A stretch of DNA of 64,000 bases from Mobula hypostoma (Eukaryota). Position numbers and translations under genes: made by a program. The notes beneath the pieces were generated by a model that saw only the letters and a program-made list of their open reading frames with translations, was not told the origin of the DNA and searched no databases. How positions within the stretch are numbered: position 1 is the first letter of the stretch; each line of letters opens with the position of its first letter. The stretch lies in NCBI RefSeq assembly GCF_963921235.1, contig NC_086097.1:222334001-222398000 (forward strand), read 5' to 3'. Positions 48,051 to 60,020 of the stretch are shown here, piece after piece.

Positions 48051-50104
48051 ATTCATGGATAAGACTCAAATTTGTTTTGATGCTCCTCATAGTCAGGCAG
48101 CTTGTACAAAAGGGATTGTTGATATGCATTCTTTTATTTGATATTGCATATTATAAATGTAAGTGTATGTCCATGAGAACTGAAACGGTTTGAGATGTTC
48201 GGGAAACGTAAGTATTTTATGAATTGTTGAGGTTTTCTGTGAACTTTTACTTGATTGTTTTGAGTATGTTAATATTGTCTTACAGAAATGAATTTTCTGA
48301 AATTGCTGCTATTTTGAAATTAAAAACCTACTTTCTCAACCTTTAAATTAAATCATTCACAAATGCTATAAGCAGGTGGATTTGGGGAGATTAAAGGCAA
48401 GGGAAATTAAAGATTATCTTTGATGTAACAGATCACATGATGCATGTAATCTCTTCTTCCACTCATTTTACCTAATCTTATAAGACATTGTGTCGGGTAA
48501 ATAAGAATTATGCAAAGTCTGGCAGGAAATCTTATCTTGTTTGCTGTAAGGACAGAGTTTTCTGTGTCTGTGGCAATGTAGAAAACATAGCACTCAATAT
48601 TGTACACACCAGTATTCCATAAACACCAGCATAGTTGTGACCAGATATGTTCTTGTTCTGTTCACAGATGAATAAAACTAATGAATAGTTTTCATTAGTT
48701 TCATATCAATTCATTCACAATTATTGTAATAATCTGTGTCTCTTTACATTGTATATTTCAGGGTTAATGAAAAGTATTGATATCCCAAATTTATATATTC
48801 ACTCTTTCTCGAGATGCTATATTTTTTTGCAATTAGTACCTCCAAAAGGATTATGAAATTGGCCAAAAAGAGGTTTGCAGTTGGTCAATGGTGACTTACA
48901 TAGCAGAAGCCATGTTGTACATTTTTCTTAGCGCAGGCTGTAAAAATTCATCCCATTTACAGCATCTTTGCGGAACTGTGCACAGGGCAGGTCAGCATAA
49001 CTTGAAGGACCTATCCCAATTGCAGCCATTGACAAGTTGCACTGAGGGTTGCCATGGAGATGAGGTAATATGGTGGGAAGGGGATACATACTTGTCTCTA
49101 GTGTTTGAGGCCACCCTACATAATCCACTCTCCGATGGATTCCTGAGCCACAAGTGACCCCATGCCACAGCATAATGCAGGATGATCAGTGACACACATA
49201 TTGCAGAATTAAGCACTGATGTATAAATTAAAAGACTTAAAGAACAATAGGTGCAAGGAAAAATGATTGAGAAAAAAATTGACAACTGACATATGCTCCT
49301 AGCAGATATTTGAATCAAAACATCAATGGGATGCCAGAGAACTTTAACTTAGGGTCTCCAAGCCTAAATGTGCTCCCTCTTTTGTGTTTAGCAAAGCTGG
49401 CAGTTTGCACCTTTGAGCTGTAGTTTATCTCAGTGAAGATAGAAAGTACTTTGCATGTAAATGGTGGTGTTTTACACACAATTGATGCCAGGAAAATGGC
49501 AGGTGCACTAATGTGGATAATGTAAGGAAAAGACCAATCTAAATTAATAAATGAAATTTCACTCATAAATTATTGCTAAGTGACGTAATCCAGACTAAGT
49601 TGATCTAATGTCACTTCTGTATAAAAGGTAGTGGTAATTGATCCAATTTTTAAATATTGAAAATATCCCTTATTCTGGTGTGATCCTTTAAGGAAATCAT
49701 TTGACTGTTCAGTGTTATCTACTACGTTGACATTATGTAAGGCATAAGGCAGCATTATCTACTAGATTTCTAACATCTATTTAATGAGTTATAAGGGAAA
49801 TGATGTGATATTGTTTAACTAAACAAATATGAAAGCACTCCAGAAGCCCAAAATACAGATAGAATGTGATGTTATCACAGAATCATAGAAAGTTTGAGCG
49901 CCAAAATAGGCCCTTTAGCCCAACATGGTCATGCTGATTCAGAAGCCTGTCTACACTCATCTGATTTTGCTACATGTGTCACATATCTCTCACTTTCTTT
50001 CCTTTCAAAGTCCAGCACTGCGATTGCACCTGAATCTACTAAAACCCCTGGCAGTTTGTTCTACATAGTCAGTATCTTCTCAGTGAACTTTTGCTCCTCA
50101 GATC

Positions 50105-51349
50105 AAGTTCAAAGTGAATTTATTATCAAAGTGCATACATGACACCATATACAACCATGCCATTCATTTTCTTGTGGGCATTCACAGTAAATACAAAGGA
50201 GCACAATAGAATCACTGAAAGACCACACACAAGATGGACAAACAATCCATGTGCAAAACACAACAAACTGTGCAAATGCAAAAAGGAAAATAAATAAATA
50301 AACAAACAAACAAACGATAAATATCCAGAACATGAGATGAAGAGTTCTTGAAAGTGAGTCCACAGAGTGTGGGAACAGTTCAGTGTTGGGGTGAGTGGAA
50401 TTGCATGACGTTATTACCTTTGGTTCAAATGCCTGATAGTTGAGGGGTAATAACTTTCTGAACCTGCTGGTGCGGGTCCTGAGGCTCCTGAACCTCCTAC
50501 TTGATGGCAGCAGCGAGAAGAGAGTATGACATGGATGGTGGGCAGTACTTGATGATGGATGCTGCTTTCCTGCAACAGCACATCATGTAGATGTGCTGAA
50601 TGACAGGAACATGACGCAGTTCTCATTGGGGATTAGAAGTGGAGAGGATCAGCAACTTTAAATTTCTCTGTGTTATGATTTGAAACGATCTGTCCTATAT
50701 CCAGCACGTAATTGCCATTACAAAGAAAGCACGGCAGCACCTTTTCGTAGATTTGACATGTCATCTACAACCTTGACAAATTTCTATAGATGTGCAGTGA
50801 AGAGTATATTAAGTAACACTCACAACATGCTGGAGGAACTCAGCAGGTCGGGCAGCATCTGTGGAAACGATTAGTCAGCGTTTCGGGCTGGAACCCTTCG
50901 TCAAGACTGAAGAGGGTAGGGGCAGAGGCCCTGTAAAGAAGGTGGGGGGAGAGTGGGAAGGAGAAGGCTGGTAGGTTCCAGGTGAAAAACCAGTAAGGGG
51001 AAGGATAAAGTGGTGGGGGAGGGGAAGCAGGGAGGTGATAGGCAGGACAGGCGAAGAAGGAATAGGGAAAAGCACAATGGGTAGTAGAAGGAGGCGGAAC
51101 CATGAGGGAGGTGGTAGGCAGCTGGGGGAGGGGGCAGAGTGAAACTGGGATAGGGGAAGGGAGGGGGAGGGAATTACCAGAAGTTGGAGAATTCAATGTT
51201 CATACCCAGGGGCTGGAGACTACCCAGATGGTATATGAGTATATTAAGTAGTTGCAGCATGGCCTTCTATGGAAAAAACAATACCCTCGAATAGAAAACC
51301 TACAAAATCCAGTGGATACAGCTCAGTCCCTCATGGGTAAAGTCCCTAC
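50105..51349 (-). mobile_element. Rex1/Babar-type LINE 3' fragment with 5' inversion, interrupted by a PLE
   Basis: 50105-50602 is the antisense C-terminus and 3' UTR (same family as 24750-25272). ~50605-51349 is the immediately upstream part of the element on the plus strand (SNFKFL, LTNFYRCAVKSIL, VDTAQSLMGK). Confidence 0.75.
50816..51236 (-). mobile_element. PLE pseudo-LTR/3' fragment (second subfamily)
   Basis: Perfect 14-bp flanking repeat GAGTATATTAAGTA (50802-50815, 51237-51250). Encodes LGSLQPLGMNIEFSNF. Hammerhead-like motif at 50873-50908. Confidence 0.9.
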
Positions 51350-51413
51350 TTTAAGTATTTCCTCTCTCACCTTGAAACTATGCCTCCTAATTTTAAACTC
51401 CCCTACCCGTGGA

Positions 51414-51649
51414 GTTGTGTTGGGCACTTGGCCCAGTGGATAAGGCGTCCATCTGGTGATCTGAAGGTCGCTAGTTCGAGCCTCAGCTGTGGCAGCGTGT
51501 TTGTGTCCTTGAGCAAGGCACTTAACCATACATTGCTCTAGTGTCTGTGTGAGGAGTGGCGCCCCACACAGACTTCCAACCTGCGCCTTGTTAGGCAAAA
51601 AATGCCCGACACAGGCCTCTCATGGTCTGAGTCGACATTCCCTCCCCTC
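51414..51649 (+). mobile_element. tRNA-derived SINE with CORE-like central motif
   Basis: A-box TGGCCCAGTGG, B-box AGTTCGAGCC, GTGTCCTTGAGCAAGGCACTTAACC. Imperfect 13-bp flanking repeat CCCTACCCGTGGA / CCCTTCCCATGGA. Confidence 0.8.
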
Positions 51650-51969
51650 CCCTTCCCATGGAAAATGATTGTTACTATCTACCGTGTATGCCCCTCACTA
51701 TTTTATAAACTTCTATAAGGCTTACCAGGGTGAAGAATCCTGGTCTACCCAATCTGTCCTTGTAATAAAGACCATTCATTGCAGACAGGATCCTGGTAAA
51801 TTTCTTCTGCACAACTACATCCTTTCTAGAGTGTGGTGACCAGAACTGTACACAGTAGTCGAAGTGTGGCCTAACCAATGCCTTACACAGTTACAATTTG
51901 TTGTCCTAACTCTTTCTATGAATACCTAAATACCTTTGACTAGCCTATCCCCCTGTGTCACTATTTTCT

Positions 51970-52236
51970 GACAGTCAGAAAATAAACCAATTGTTTGGAA
52001 TCATATGAGCTTGCCTGGTGTCTCAGGGCTGGGTGTGTCTGCATTCATGCTCCCCCTTGCCTTGGTACTCCTTTTCTGCTACCTGTCCAACACTTGTCTC
52101 ACGGTGCTCCACCCTTGCCATTCCCGACATCCTTTGTAATCGCCAGATTTACAGACTCACTCTCTACTGCATGTTGACAAATACATTACTGTGCAAAAGT
52201 CTTAGGCACCTTAGATACCTTATGTACAGTACTGTA
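51970..52236. mobile_element. Possible TcMar-type non-autonomous element remnant
   Basis: TACTGTGCAAAAGTCTTAGGCAC...TGTACAGTACTGTA terminal-like motif interrupting the old CR1. Confidence 0.4.
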
Positions 52237-52467
52237 TGAACTTGCACCCCAAGGCACTTCTGTATATGAGCACTTTTAAGGACTCCTTTGTTTGCTATAT
52301 ATATATGGATAGTATTAGACAAACTAGAATGGATTACCATACATTTGTCTGGATTAAATTCCATCTGCAATGGACTACCTGATTTTCCAGCTGATATATG
52401 TCCCTGTCTGTTCTTAGGCTATTTACTTATCAAACTACTTATTAAACTTCTCATCCATATACAGTAT

Positions 52468-54659
52468 CATCATCATCATCATCATCAGGTGCCATGCCCA
52501 GATTGAGCTTTGACTGCCATGGCCCACACACTCCATTTTCCGGTCAAGTGGATCAATTCATTGGTATTCATTTCTAGTTCTCTGGCTGCTATCTCCATCA
52601 TCATTTGTCTTTGCCTTCCTTTTGCTTTCTTCCCTTCAATCTTTCCTATAATTACCGTGCATTCTAACTCCTCTTTCCTAATCACATGTCCAATGAAGTT
52701 ACGTTGCCTTTTCATGACCTGACCTCATACATTATTTCTCTTTTTGTGCTTGCTCTGTTCATGACATCCTCGTTAGATATTCATTTCATCCATGATATTC
52801 TTTGCATCCTCCTCAAAAACCACATCTCTGCTCCTTCAGTTCATTTCCTCAGTTTACTAGATATTGTCCAACATTCTGAGCCATATAACATATCTGGATA
52901 AACGTTACATTTCAGTACTCTGAGGTGGGTTGTCATGCCTAGTTTAGTATTGGTCAGTATACTCTTCATTCTCGTAAAGGTGTCTTTTGCCATCCCTATT
53001 CTTCTTTTGATGTCCATGTTGCATCTGCCATCCGATGTCACCCAACTTCCTAAGTAGTAACAGTTCTGTACTTGTTTTATATCTTTCCCGTTTATTTTCG
53101 GCCTGCAGATAGGATTCTCCTTCTTTTTGGATATCACCATATAGTCTGTCTTTTTGCAGTTGATAGATAGACCCATTTTTTCACTTTCTTTAACAATTAT
53201 ATCAATTAACTTTTGTAGTTTTTCCTCCTTACTTGCAATTAACACAGAGTCATCTGCATATCTGAAATTATTGATGTTTTCACTGCCAACTTTGATTCCC
53301 AAGATGTCTCTTAACTTTTTTGTAATATTGTTTCACTGTACACATTAAACAAATCAGGGGAGAAAACACACCCTCGTCTAACACCTCTTTTGATTTTCGT
53401 AAACTGACTCAGTTCTCCATCTATTCTTACAGCGGCAGTTTGTTCCCAGTACAGATTTCTGATTAGGCGGAGGTCTTTCGAATCTGGATCTAGAGTTTCC
53501 TGTAATATTTCAAATAACTTACTGTGTTTCACTTTATCAAATGCTTTTGTGTAGTCGATAAAACAAACAAATCTTTTTGCACTTGAATAGCTCATTCTGA
53601 TAATATTCTTAACATCAATATGGCATTTCTTGTACCTTTGTCTTTCACAAAGCTACATTGTTCTTTACCTATTTCAGCTTGTATCTTACTTTTAGCTCTT
53701 GTCATCAAAATTCTTAGAAGTATCTTAGTGATATGACTCATTAAACTTATGGTCCTATGTAATTCACATTCTATTGCTCCAGGTTTCTTCGGAAGAGTGA
53801 TAAATACTGATTTTTTCATCTCTTCTGGTATTATTCCAGTCTCATAAATGTCATTGATTAAATCAGTAAGTTTTTCAATTCCATAATCTTCAAGGGCGAT
53901 AATTTGTTCTATTACCTGCTGCCTTTCCTTTCTTCATCTTATTTATTGCATTACAAACTTCAGATTTTAAAATACTTGGACCTTCAATGTTCTTCTCAAT
54001 TTCTGGTTTTTCGCCTCGATCGTCTTCAAACAATTCCTGAATATACTCAGTCCGTCTGTTCATAATCTCATCTTTTTCCATGATAATGGTACCGTCCTTT
54101 GCTTTCAAACATCCACCTGAAGAACAGAGGAGCTTTTTACCAGTGATATTCTTGATTTGTTGATGTAACCTTTTTGGATCAGTAATAGGGATTCTTTCTA
54201 GTTGCCCACATTCTTGGTTTAACCATTCTTCTTTGGCTTTTTGACATAAGCTTTTAACTTTTTTATCTAAGGACTTATATTCCATAGAATTTGCTTTCTT
54301 CAGTCTCCTTTCTTCCATTAGATTTTTGATTTCATCTGTCATCCATTTATTCTTTGTGCTTTTTCTCTTTTTTAGGAATCACTGACTTTTCTGGTTCTAC
54401 CAAGGCATCCTTCAGAGAGTTAAACTTCATTTCTACATGATTGCTGTCATCTTCAACAGATTCTATTTCTAGACTTTGAAATCTATTCCTTACTTTGATT
54501 GTAAATTTTTTGTCTTAAGTTTTCTTCTTTAATTAATTGCGAGTAGTCAAGGGATTGTTCAGGTAAGTTTTACTTCTACATGACATTTTACTGGACTATG
54601 GTCACTATTACAGTCTGCACCTGGATATGTTTTGTATTGAGTCACTGAGTTTCTAAATT
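52468..54659 (-). mobile_element. RTE-clade LINE, 5'-truncated, disrupted ORF
   Basis: KMKKGKAAG, LPKKPGAIECELHRTISLMSHITKILL, CFIDYTKAFDKV, RGVRRGCVFSPDLFN, NNFRYADD, LYGSECWT, GKIEGKKAKGRQR. (GAT)n tail. 10-bp TSD TATACAGTAT (52458-52467, 54660-54669). Confidence 0.92.
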
Positions 54660-54670
54660 TATACAGTATA

Positions 54671-56283
54671 CAGTGCCTATAAAAAGTATTCAAACCACCC
54701 CACAACTTGGAATTTTTCATGTTTTATTGTTATTGTTTTACAACATCGAATCATAGTAGATTTAATTTGCTTTTTTGATATTGATCAACAGAAAAAGACT
54801 CTTTTGTGTCAAAGTGAAAACAGATCTCTACAAAGTGATCTAAATTAATTATAAATATAAAACACAAAATAATTGATTGCATGAGTATTCACCACTGACT
54901 CATTACTGTTGGAGCCAATTGGTTCTAGAAGTCACATAATTAGTTAAATGGAGATCACCCTGTACAGTCAAGGTGTTTCAATTGATTGTGGTAACAATAC
55001 ACCAGTATCTGGAAGGTCCAGCTGCTGGTGAGTTAGTATCCTGGCAAAAGCCACACATGAAGACAAAAGAACACTCCAATCAACTCCACGAAAAGGTTAT
55101 TGAAAAGTACGAGTCAGGAGATGGATACAAGAAAATTTCCAAGTCACTGGATATCCCTTGGAGTACAGTTAAGTCAATCATCAAGAAATGGAAAGAATAT
55201 GGCAGAGCTGTAAATCGGCCTAGAGCAGGCAGTTCTCAAAAACTGAGTGACCGTGCAAGAGGGGAACTAGTGAGGGAGGTCACCGAGAGACCCATGACAA
55301 CTCTGGAGGAGTTACAATCTTTAGTAGCTGAGATGGGAAAGACTGTGCATACAGCAACTGTTGCTCGAGTGTTTCACCAGTCGCAGCTTTATGGGAGAGT
55401 GGCAAAGAAAAAACCACTGTTGAAAATACTCACATGAAATCTTGGCTAGAGTTTGCCAGAAGGCATGTGGAAGACTGAAGTCAGCTGGAAGAAGGTTCTA
55501 AGGTTCTATAGAAGGTTCTATTGAGCATATTGGCCATCAGACTAAATACTATGTTTCTTAAGCCAAACGCCACACATCACCAAAAACACACCATCCCTAC
55601 AGTGAAGCCTGGTGGTGACTGCAAATGCTGTGGGGATATTTCACTGCAGCAGGCCCTGGAAGGCTTGCGAAGGTAGAAGGTGAAATGAATGCAACAAAAT
55701 ACAGGGGAATCCTAGAGGAAAACCTGATGCAGTCTGCAAAAATACTACGACTTGGGAGAATATTTGTTTTCCAGCAAGACAATGATCCCAAGCATAAAGC
55801 CAAAGCTGCACAGGAATGGCTTAAAAACAGCAAAGTTAATGCCCTGGAGTGCTCAACTCAAAGTTCAGACCTCAATCCAATTGAGAATTTGTGGCTGGAC
55901 TTGAAAAGGGCTGTTCACTCACGATCCCCAAGCAATCTGACAGAGCTTGAGCAGTTTTGTAAAGAAGAATGGGGAAAATTGCAGTGTCCAGATGTGCAAA
56001 GAGACCTATCCACACAGACTCAAGGCTGTAATTGCTGCCAAAATTGCATTTACTAAATACAAACTTGAAGGGGGTGAATACTTATGTAATCAATTATTTT
56101 GTGTTTTATATTTGTAATTAATTTACATCACTTTGTAGAGAGCTGTTTTCACGTTAATATGAAAGAGTCTTTTTCTGTTGAATCACTGTCAAAAAAAGCC
56201 AAATTAAATCCACTGTGATTCAATGCTGTAAAACAATAAAACACAGAAACTTCGAAGGGGGTTGAATATTTTTATAGGCACTG
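54671..56283 (+). mobile_element. Tc1-family DNA transposon, full-length size, disrupted transposase
   Basis: TA|CAGTGCCTATAAAAAGTATT...TTTTTATAGGCACTG|TA with ~215-bp TIRs and an inner AGTATTCACC direct repeat. ORF from ATG 55057 (MKTKEHS...) to FQQDNDPKH...SDLNPIENLW (DD34E-type), frameshifted. Confidence 0.93.
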
Positions 56284-57706
56284 TATATATGACAAACAAC
56301 AATGATCTGAGCACTGGTTCCCAACATTACACCATTGGTTACAGAATTCTAATTGAAAATACAATCCTCCACTATTACCCACTGCCTTCTACTACCAAGC
56401 CAATTTTTTTTTATCCAATTTGCAAAAATACATTGGATCCCATATGCTTTAACTTTCAGAACTAGTCCACTACTGTTCAGGTCCTTGAGGAGATCCTGAT
56501 ATGGGTCTTCCGAGTTATGACAGGTTTCTCTTCTTGAGAACTGTTCTTAACCTGAACAGTTACTAAGTTATAAGTGCATCAACTTGACAATACATTTATA
56601 TAAAAACATAGGCCAACCAAAGGCCAAGAGTACTTAAGCCTGTTCATATCCTCTTGTGCAGGTTCATTTGAAATCCCAGCATTTAAAGAAAGATGCAGGA
56701 CACCTGCAGACTCACTGAGAAAATGTGTGCTCAGGCAAAGTGAATCTGATCAGAAATTATGCTGCAGGTGTATGCTCAGAATATTTCTGAATAAACCTGA
56801 AACTAAAATGAGGAAATTCTCTGTAAATATCTTGACATAGAACCCTTTTTCACTGCTCTGAAGACCAATTGGAGCATGACTCCACCCTCTGGAACAAATG
56901 TCCTCAATGAATTAGGTCGTTTACCTGCTATTTGAAAATTGATGGGTCCAGAAACATGGCTGCAATGTGAAAGCATGTGTGTGGTGGCCAGAACCCCCAG
57001 TCTGACAGAGCTGCACTTCAATCAGGAAATCTAGGCCAGAATATATTTAAGCAGGCACTGCTGGCTAATACTGTTGAGAAGCTTGACGTCAACACTAATA
57101 TATTCGAGTTGATGTCAGTTTTATTATAGGTCCTACAGCAGTAACCAAATATGTTGAAAAGATGTGTGCACATTTTCAAGGAGTGGTCATTCAGAATCAA
57201 AAACAATTCTCAGTTTTCAAGAACTGTCTCTTATGGAATATGTTTTATGCTTAAAGCAGAGTGTATTATCAAAACTTTTATCATGAATAATTAGCATATT
57301 TCCAGAATATTGTTACTAAATCAAAACCTTTTATATTCATGTGCTAAAAAGAAGTAAAATACAAGTCTTTTTTAATGTTAAATTTGGGAACCTTGCTGAC
57401 TTCCAAGTATTTAAAAAGACCAAATTACTCATTTTAAAAATAGGAACATTTCCAGGATCTTACCTACAGGAATGCAGTTTCTATCAAATGCTGTCAGTTA
57501 CAAATAGCTTAAATATAGAATAAACAGAGAGACCATATGACTTTTAGTGATGTATAGCAACTGTCCTTATCTATATTTTTGCATGTTTACAAAGCTATTT
57601 ACGAAATACTTAGCTTTATTAAGAGTTTGATTCCCCATTCAAGTTCTGGCTAGATGTTCAGAAGGATGTTGGAGTCTAGTACTGTACATTTCATCCATAA
57701 GGAAGA

Positions 57707-58880
57707 GAATCACAATCAGAATCAGAACCAGGTTTATAATCACCGGCATGTGCGGTGAAATTTGTTAACTTACCAGCAGCAGTTCAATGCAATGCATAAT
57801 CTAGCAGAGAGAAAAAAATAAAATAATACTAATAATAATAAAAAACAAGTAAATCAGTTACTTATATTGAATAGATTAAAAAATGTGCAAAAACAGAAAT
57901 ACTGTATATTTTAAAAAGTGAGGTAGTGTCCAAAGATTCAATGTCCATTTAGGAATCAGATGGCAAAGGGGAAGAAGCTGTTCCTGAATCGCTGAGTGTG
58001 TGCCTTCAAGCTTCTGTATCTCCTACCTGATGGTAACAGTGAGAAAAGGGCATGCCCTGGGTGCTGGAGGCCCTTAATAATGGACGCCGCCTTTTTGAGA
58101 CACCACTCCCTAAAGATGTCCTGGGTACTTTGTAGGCTAGTGCCCAAGATGGAGTTGACTAGATTAACAACTTTCTGCAGCTTCTTTCAGTTCTGTGCAG
58201 TAGCCCCTCCATACCAGACAGTGACGCAGCCTGTCAGAATGCTCTCCAAAGTACAACTATAGAAGTTTTTGAGTGTATTTGTTGACATGCCAAATCTCTT
58301 CAAACTCCTAATAAAGTGTAGCCGCTGTCTTGCCTTGTTTATAACTACATCGATATGTTGGGACCAGGTTAGATACTCAGAGATCTTGACACCCAGGAAC
58401 TTGAAGCAGCTCACTCTTTCCACCTCTGATCCCTCTATGAGGATTGGTATGTGTCCCTTCGTCTTACCCTTCCTGAAGTCCACAATCAGCTCTTTAGTCC
58501 TAATGACGTTGAGTGCCAGGTTGTTGCTGCAGCACCACTCCACTAGTTGGCATATCTCACTCCTGTACACCCTCTCATCACCATCTGAGATTCTACCAAC
58601 AATGGTTGTATCGTCAGCAAATTTATAGATGGTATTTGAGCTATGGCCAGCCAAGCAGTCATGTGTATATGAGCAGTGGGCTAAGCACACACCCCTGAGG
58701 TGCGCCAGTGGTGATCGTCAGCAGGGAGGATATGTTATCACCAATCCACACAGATTGTGGTCTTCCAGTTAGGAAGTGGAGGATCCAATTGCAGAGGGAG
58801 GTACAGAGGCCCAGATTCTGCAACTTCTCAATCGGATTTGTGGGAATGATGGTATTAAATGCTGAGCTATAGTCGATGAG
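57707..58880 (-). mobile_element. Rex1/Babar-type LINE 3' portion
   Basis: YKFADDTTIVGRI, TKELIVDFRK, FKFLGVKIS, LLPSGRRYRSLKAHTQRFRNSFFP. (GATTCT)n-like tail at 57707-57729. Confidence 0.88.
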
Positions 58881-58978
58881 TACTCAAATAAGTCATAAAG
58901 TTGTCCCATCCCTTGAAAATTAACACTTCCTTCTTCCTGAGCAGCTCATTAGAAATTACAGTACTGTGCAGACAAGGG

Positions 58979-59392
58979 TGTTTTATATGGCTCAGAATGT
59001 TGGACAATATCTAGTAGCATGAGGAAATGAATTGTAGCAACAGAGATGTGATTTTTGAGGAGGATGCAAAGAATATCATGGACGAAATGAATATCTGACA
59101 AGGATGTCATGAACAGAGCAAACACAAAAAGAGAAATAATGTATGAGATCATGAAAAGGCAACATAACTTAATTGGACATGTGATTAGGAAAGAGGAGTT
59201 AGAATGCACGGTAATTATGGGAAAGGTTGAAGGGAAGAAAGGAAGAGGAAGACAAAGACAAATAATGATGGAGAGAGCAGCCAGAGAACTAGAAATGAAT
59301 ACCAATGAATTGATCCACTTGATCCAAAACGGGAGTGTGTGGGCCATGGCAGTCAAAGCTCAAACTGGGCATGGCACCTGATGATGATGATG
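58979..59392 (+). mobile_element. RTE-clade LINE 3' fragment (same family as 52468-54659)
   Basis: LYGSECWT...IGHVIRKEELECTVIMGKVEGKKGRGRQR and a (GAT)n tail. ACAGTAC repeat at 58958-58964 and 59393-59399. Confidence 0.88.
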
Positions 59393-59404
59393 ACAGTACA
59401 CTAT

Positions 59405-60020
59405 AGATTACTAAGACACGCAGTCCTCTTTTATTGTCTTTTAGTAATGCATGCGTTAAGAAATGATACAATATTTCCTCCGGTGTGATATCACAAAACA
59501 CAGGACAGACCAAGACTGAAAAAACTAACAAAACCACGTAATTATAATGTATAGTTATAACAGTGTAATAATACCATAACTTGATGAAGAACAGCCAATG
59601 GCACAGTAAAAAGTTCAAAGTCTCTCAAATGTCCCACATCTCACTCAGACGGGAGAAGGAAGAAAACTCTCCCTGCCATGCCCGACCACAGTCCGACTTT
59701 GAGTCGTCTGAAAACTTCGAGCTTCCGATCAGCCCTCCGACACCGAGTACCGAGCACCATCTGTATCCGAACAATTTAACCTCAATCTCTGTTGCCAGCA
59801 GCAGGCAAAGCCGGGGATTTTGGGGCCTTCCCTCTGGAGATTCTCGATCGCCCAGTAACAGCGGCAGCAAACCTGCGTTTCAGAAATTTCTCCAGATGTT
59901 CCTCTGTGCTTTCACGTCTGTCTCCATCAAATCAGAATTTTCCACAGCCCCTATTTAACGGATACAATATCATTTTCACCAGAGGGCTGCGCGCACACTG
60001 CTATCTTCTCCTCCCGCCTT
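59405..60020 (-). mobile_element. Second copy of the non-coding retroposed element seen at 2846-3540
   Basis: Collinear with 2846-3540 from the tail (gattactaagacacgcagtcctcttttatt) to the 5' end (ctgctatcttctcctccc), apart from an internal deletion of ~45 bp. Confidence 0.78.

Larger units (their letters stand above)
49876..56480 (-). mobile_element. Old CR1 3' portion fragmented by later insertions (pieces ~49876-50104, 51350-51413, 51650-51970, 52236-52467, 56284-56480)
   Basis: The pieces are collinear in antisense: tail, VRPHFDYCVQFWSP, MEFNPDKC, then LLFVIY-type sequence. Confidence 0.6.

Noticed and set aside
52468..59392. The two opposite-strand RTE pieces as ends of one composite element enclosing the Tc1
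   Set aside because: Each RTE has its own flanking direct repeat, and the older CR1 host runs through the interval, which indicates independent insertions.
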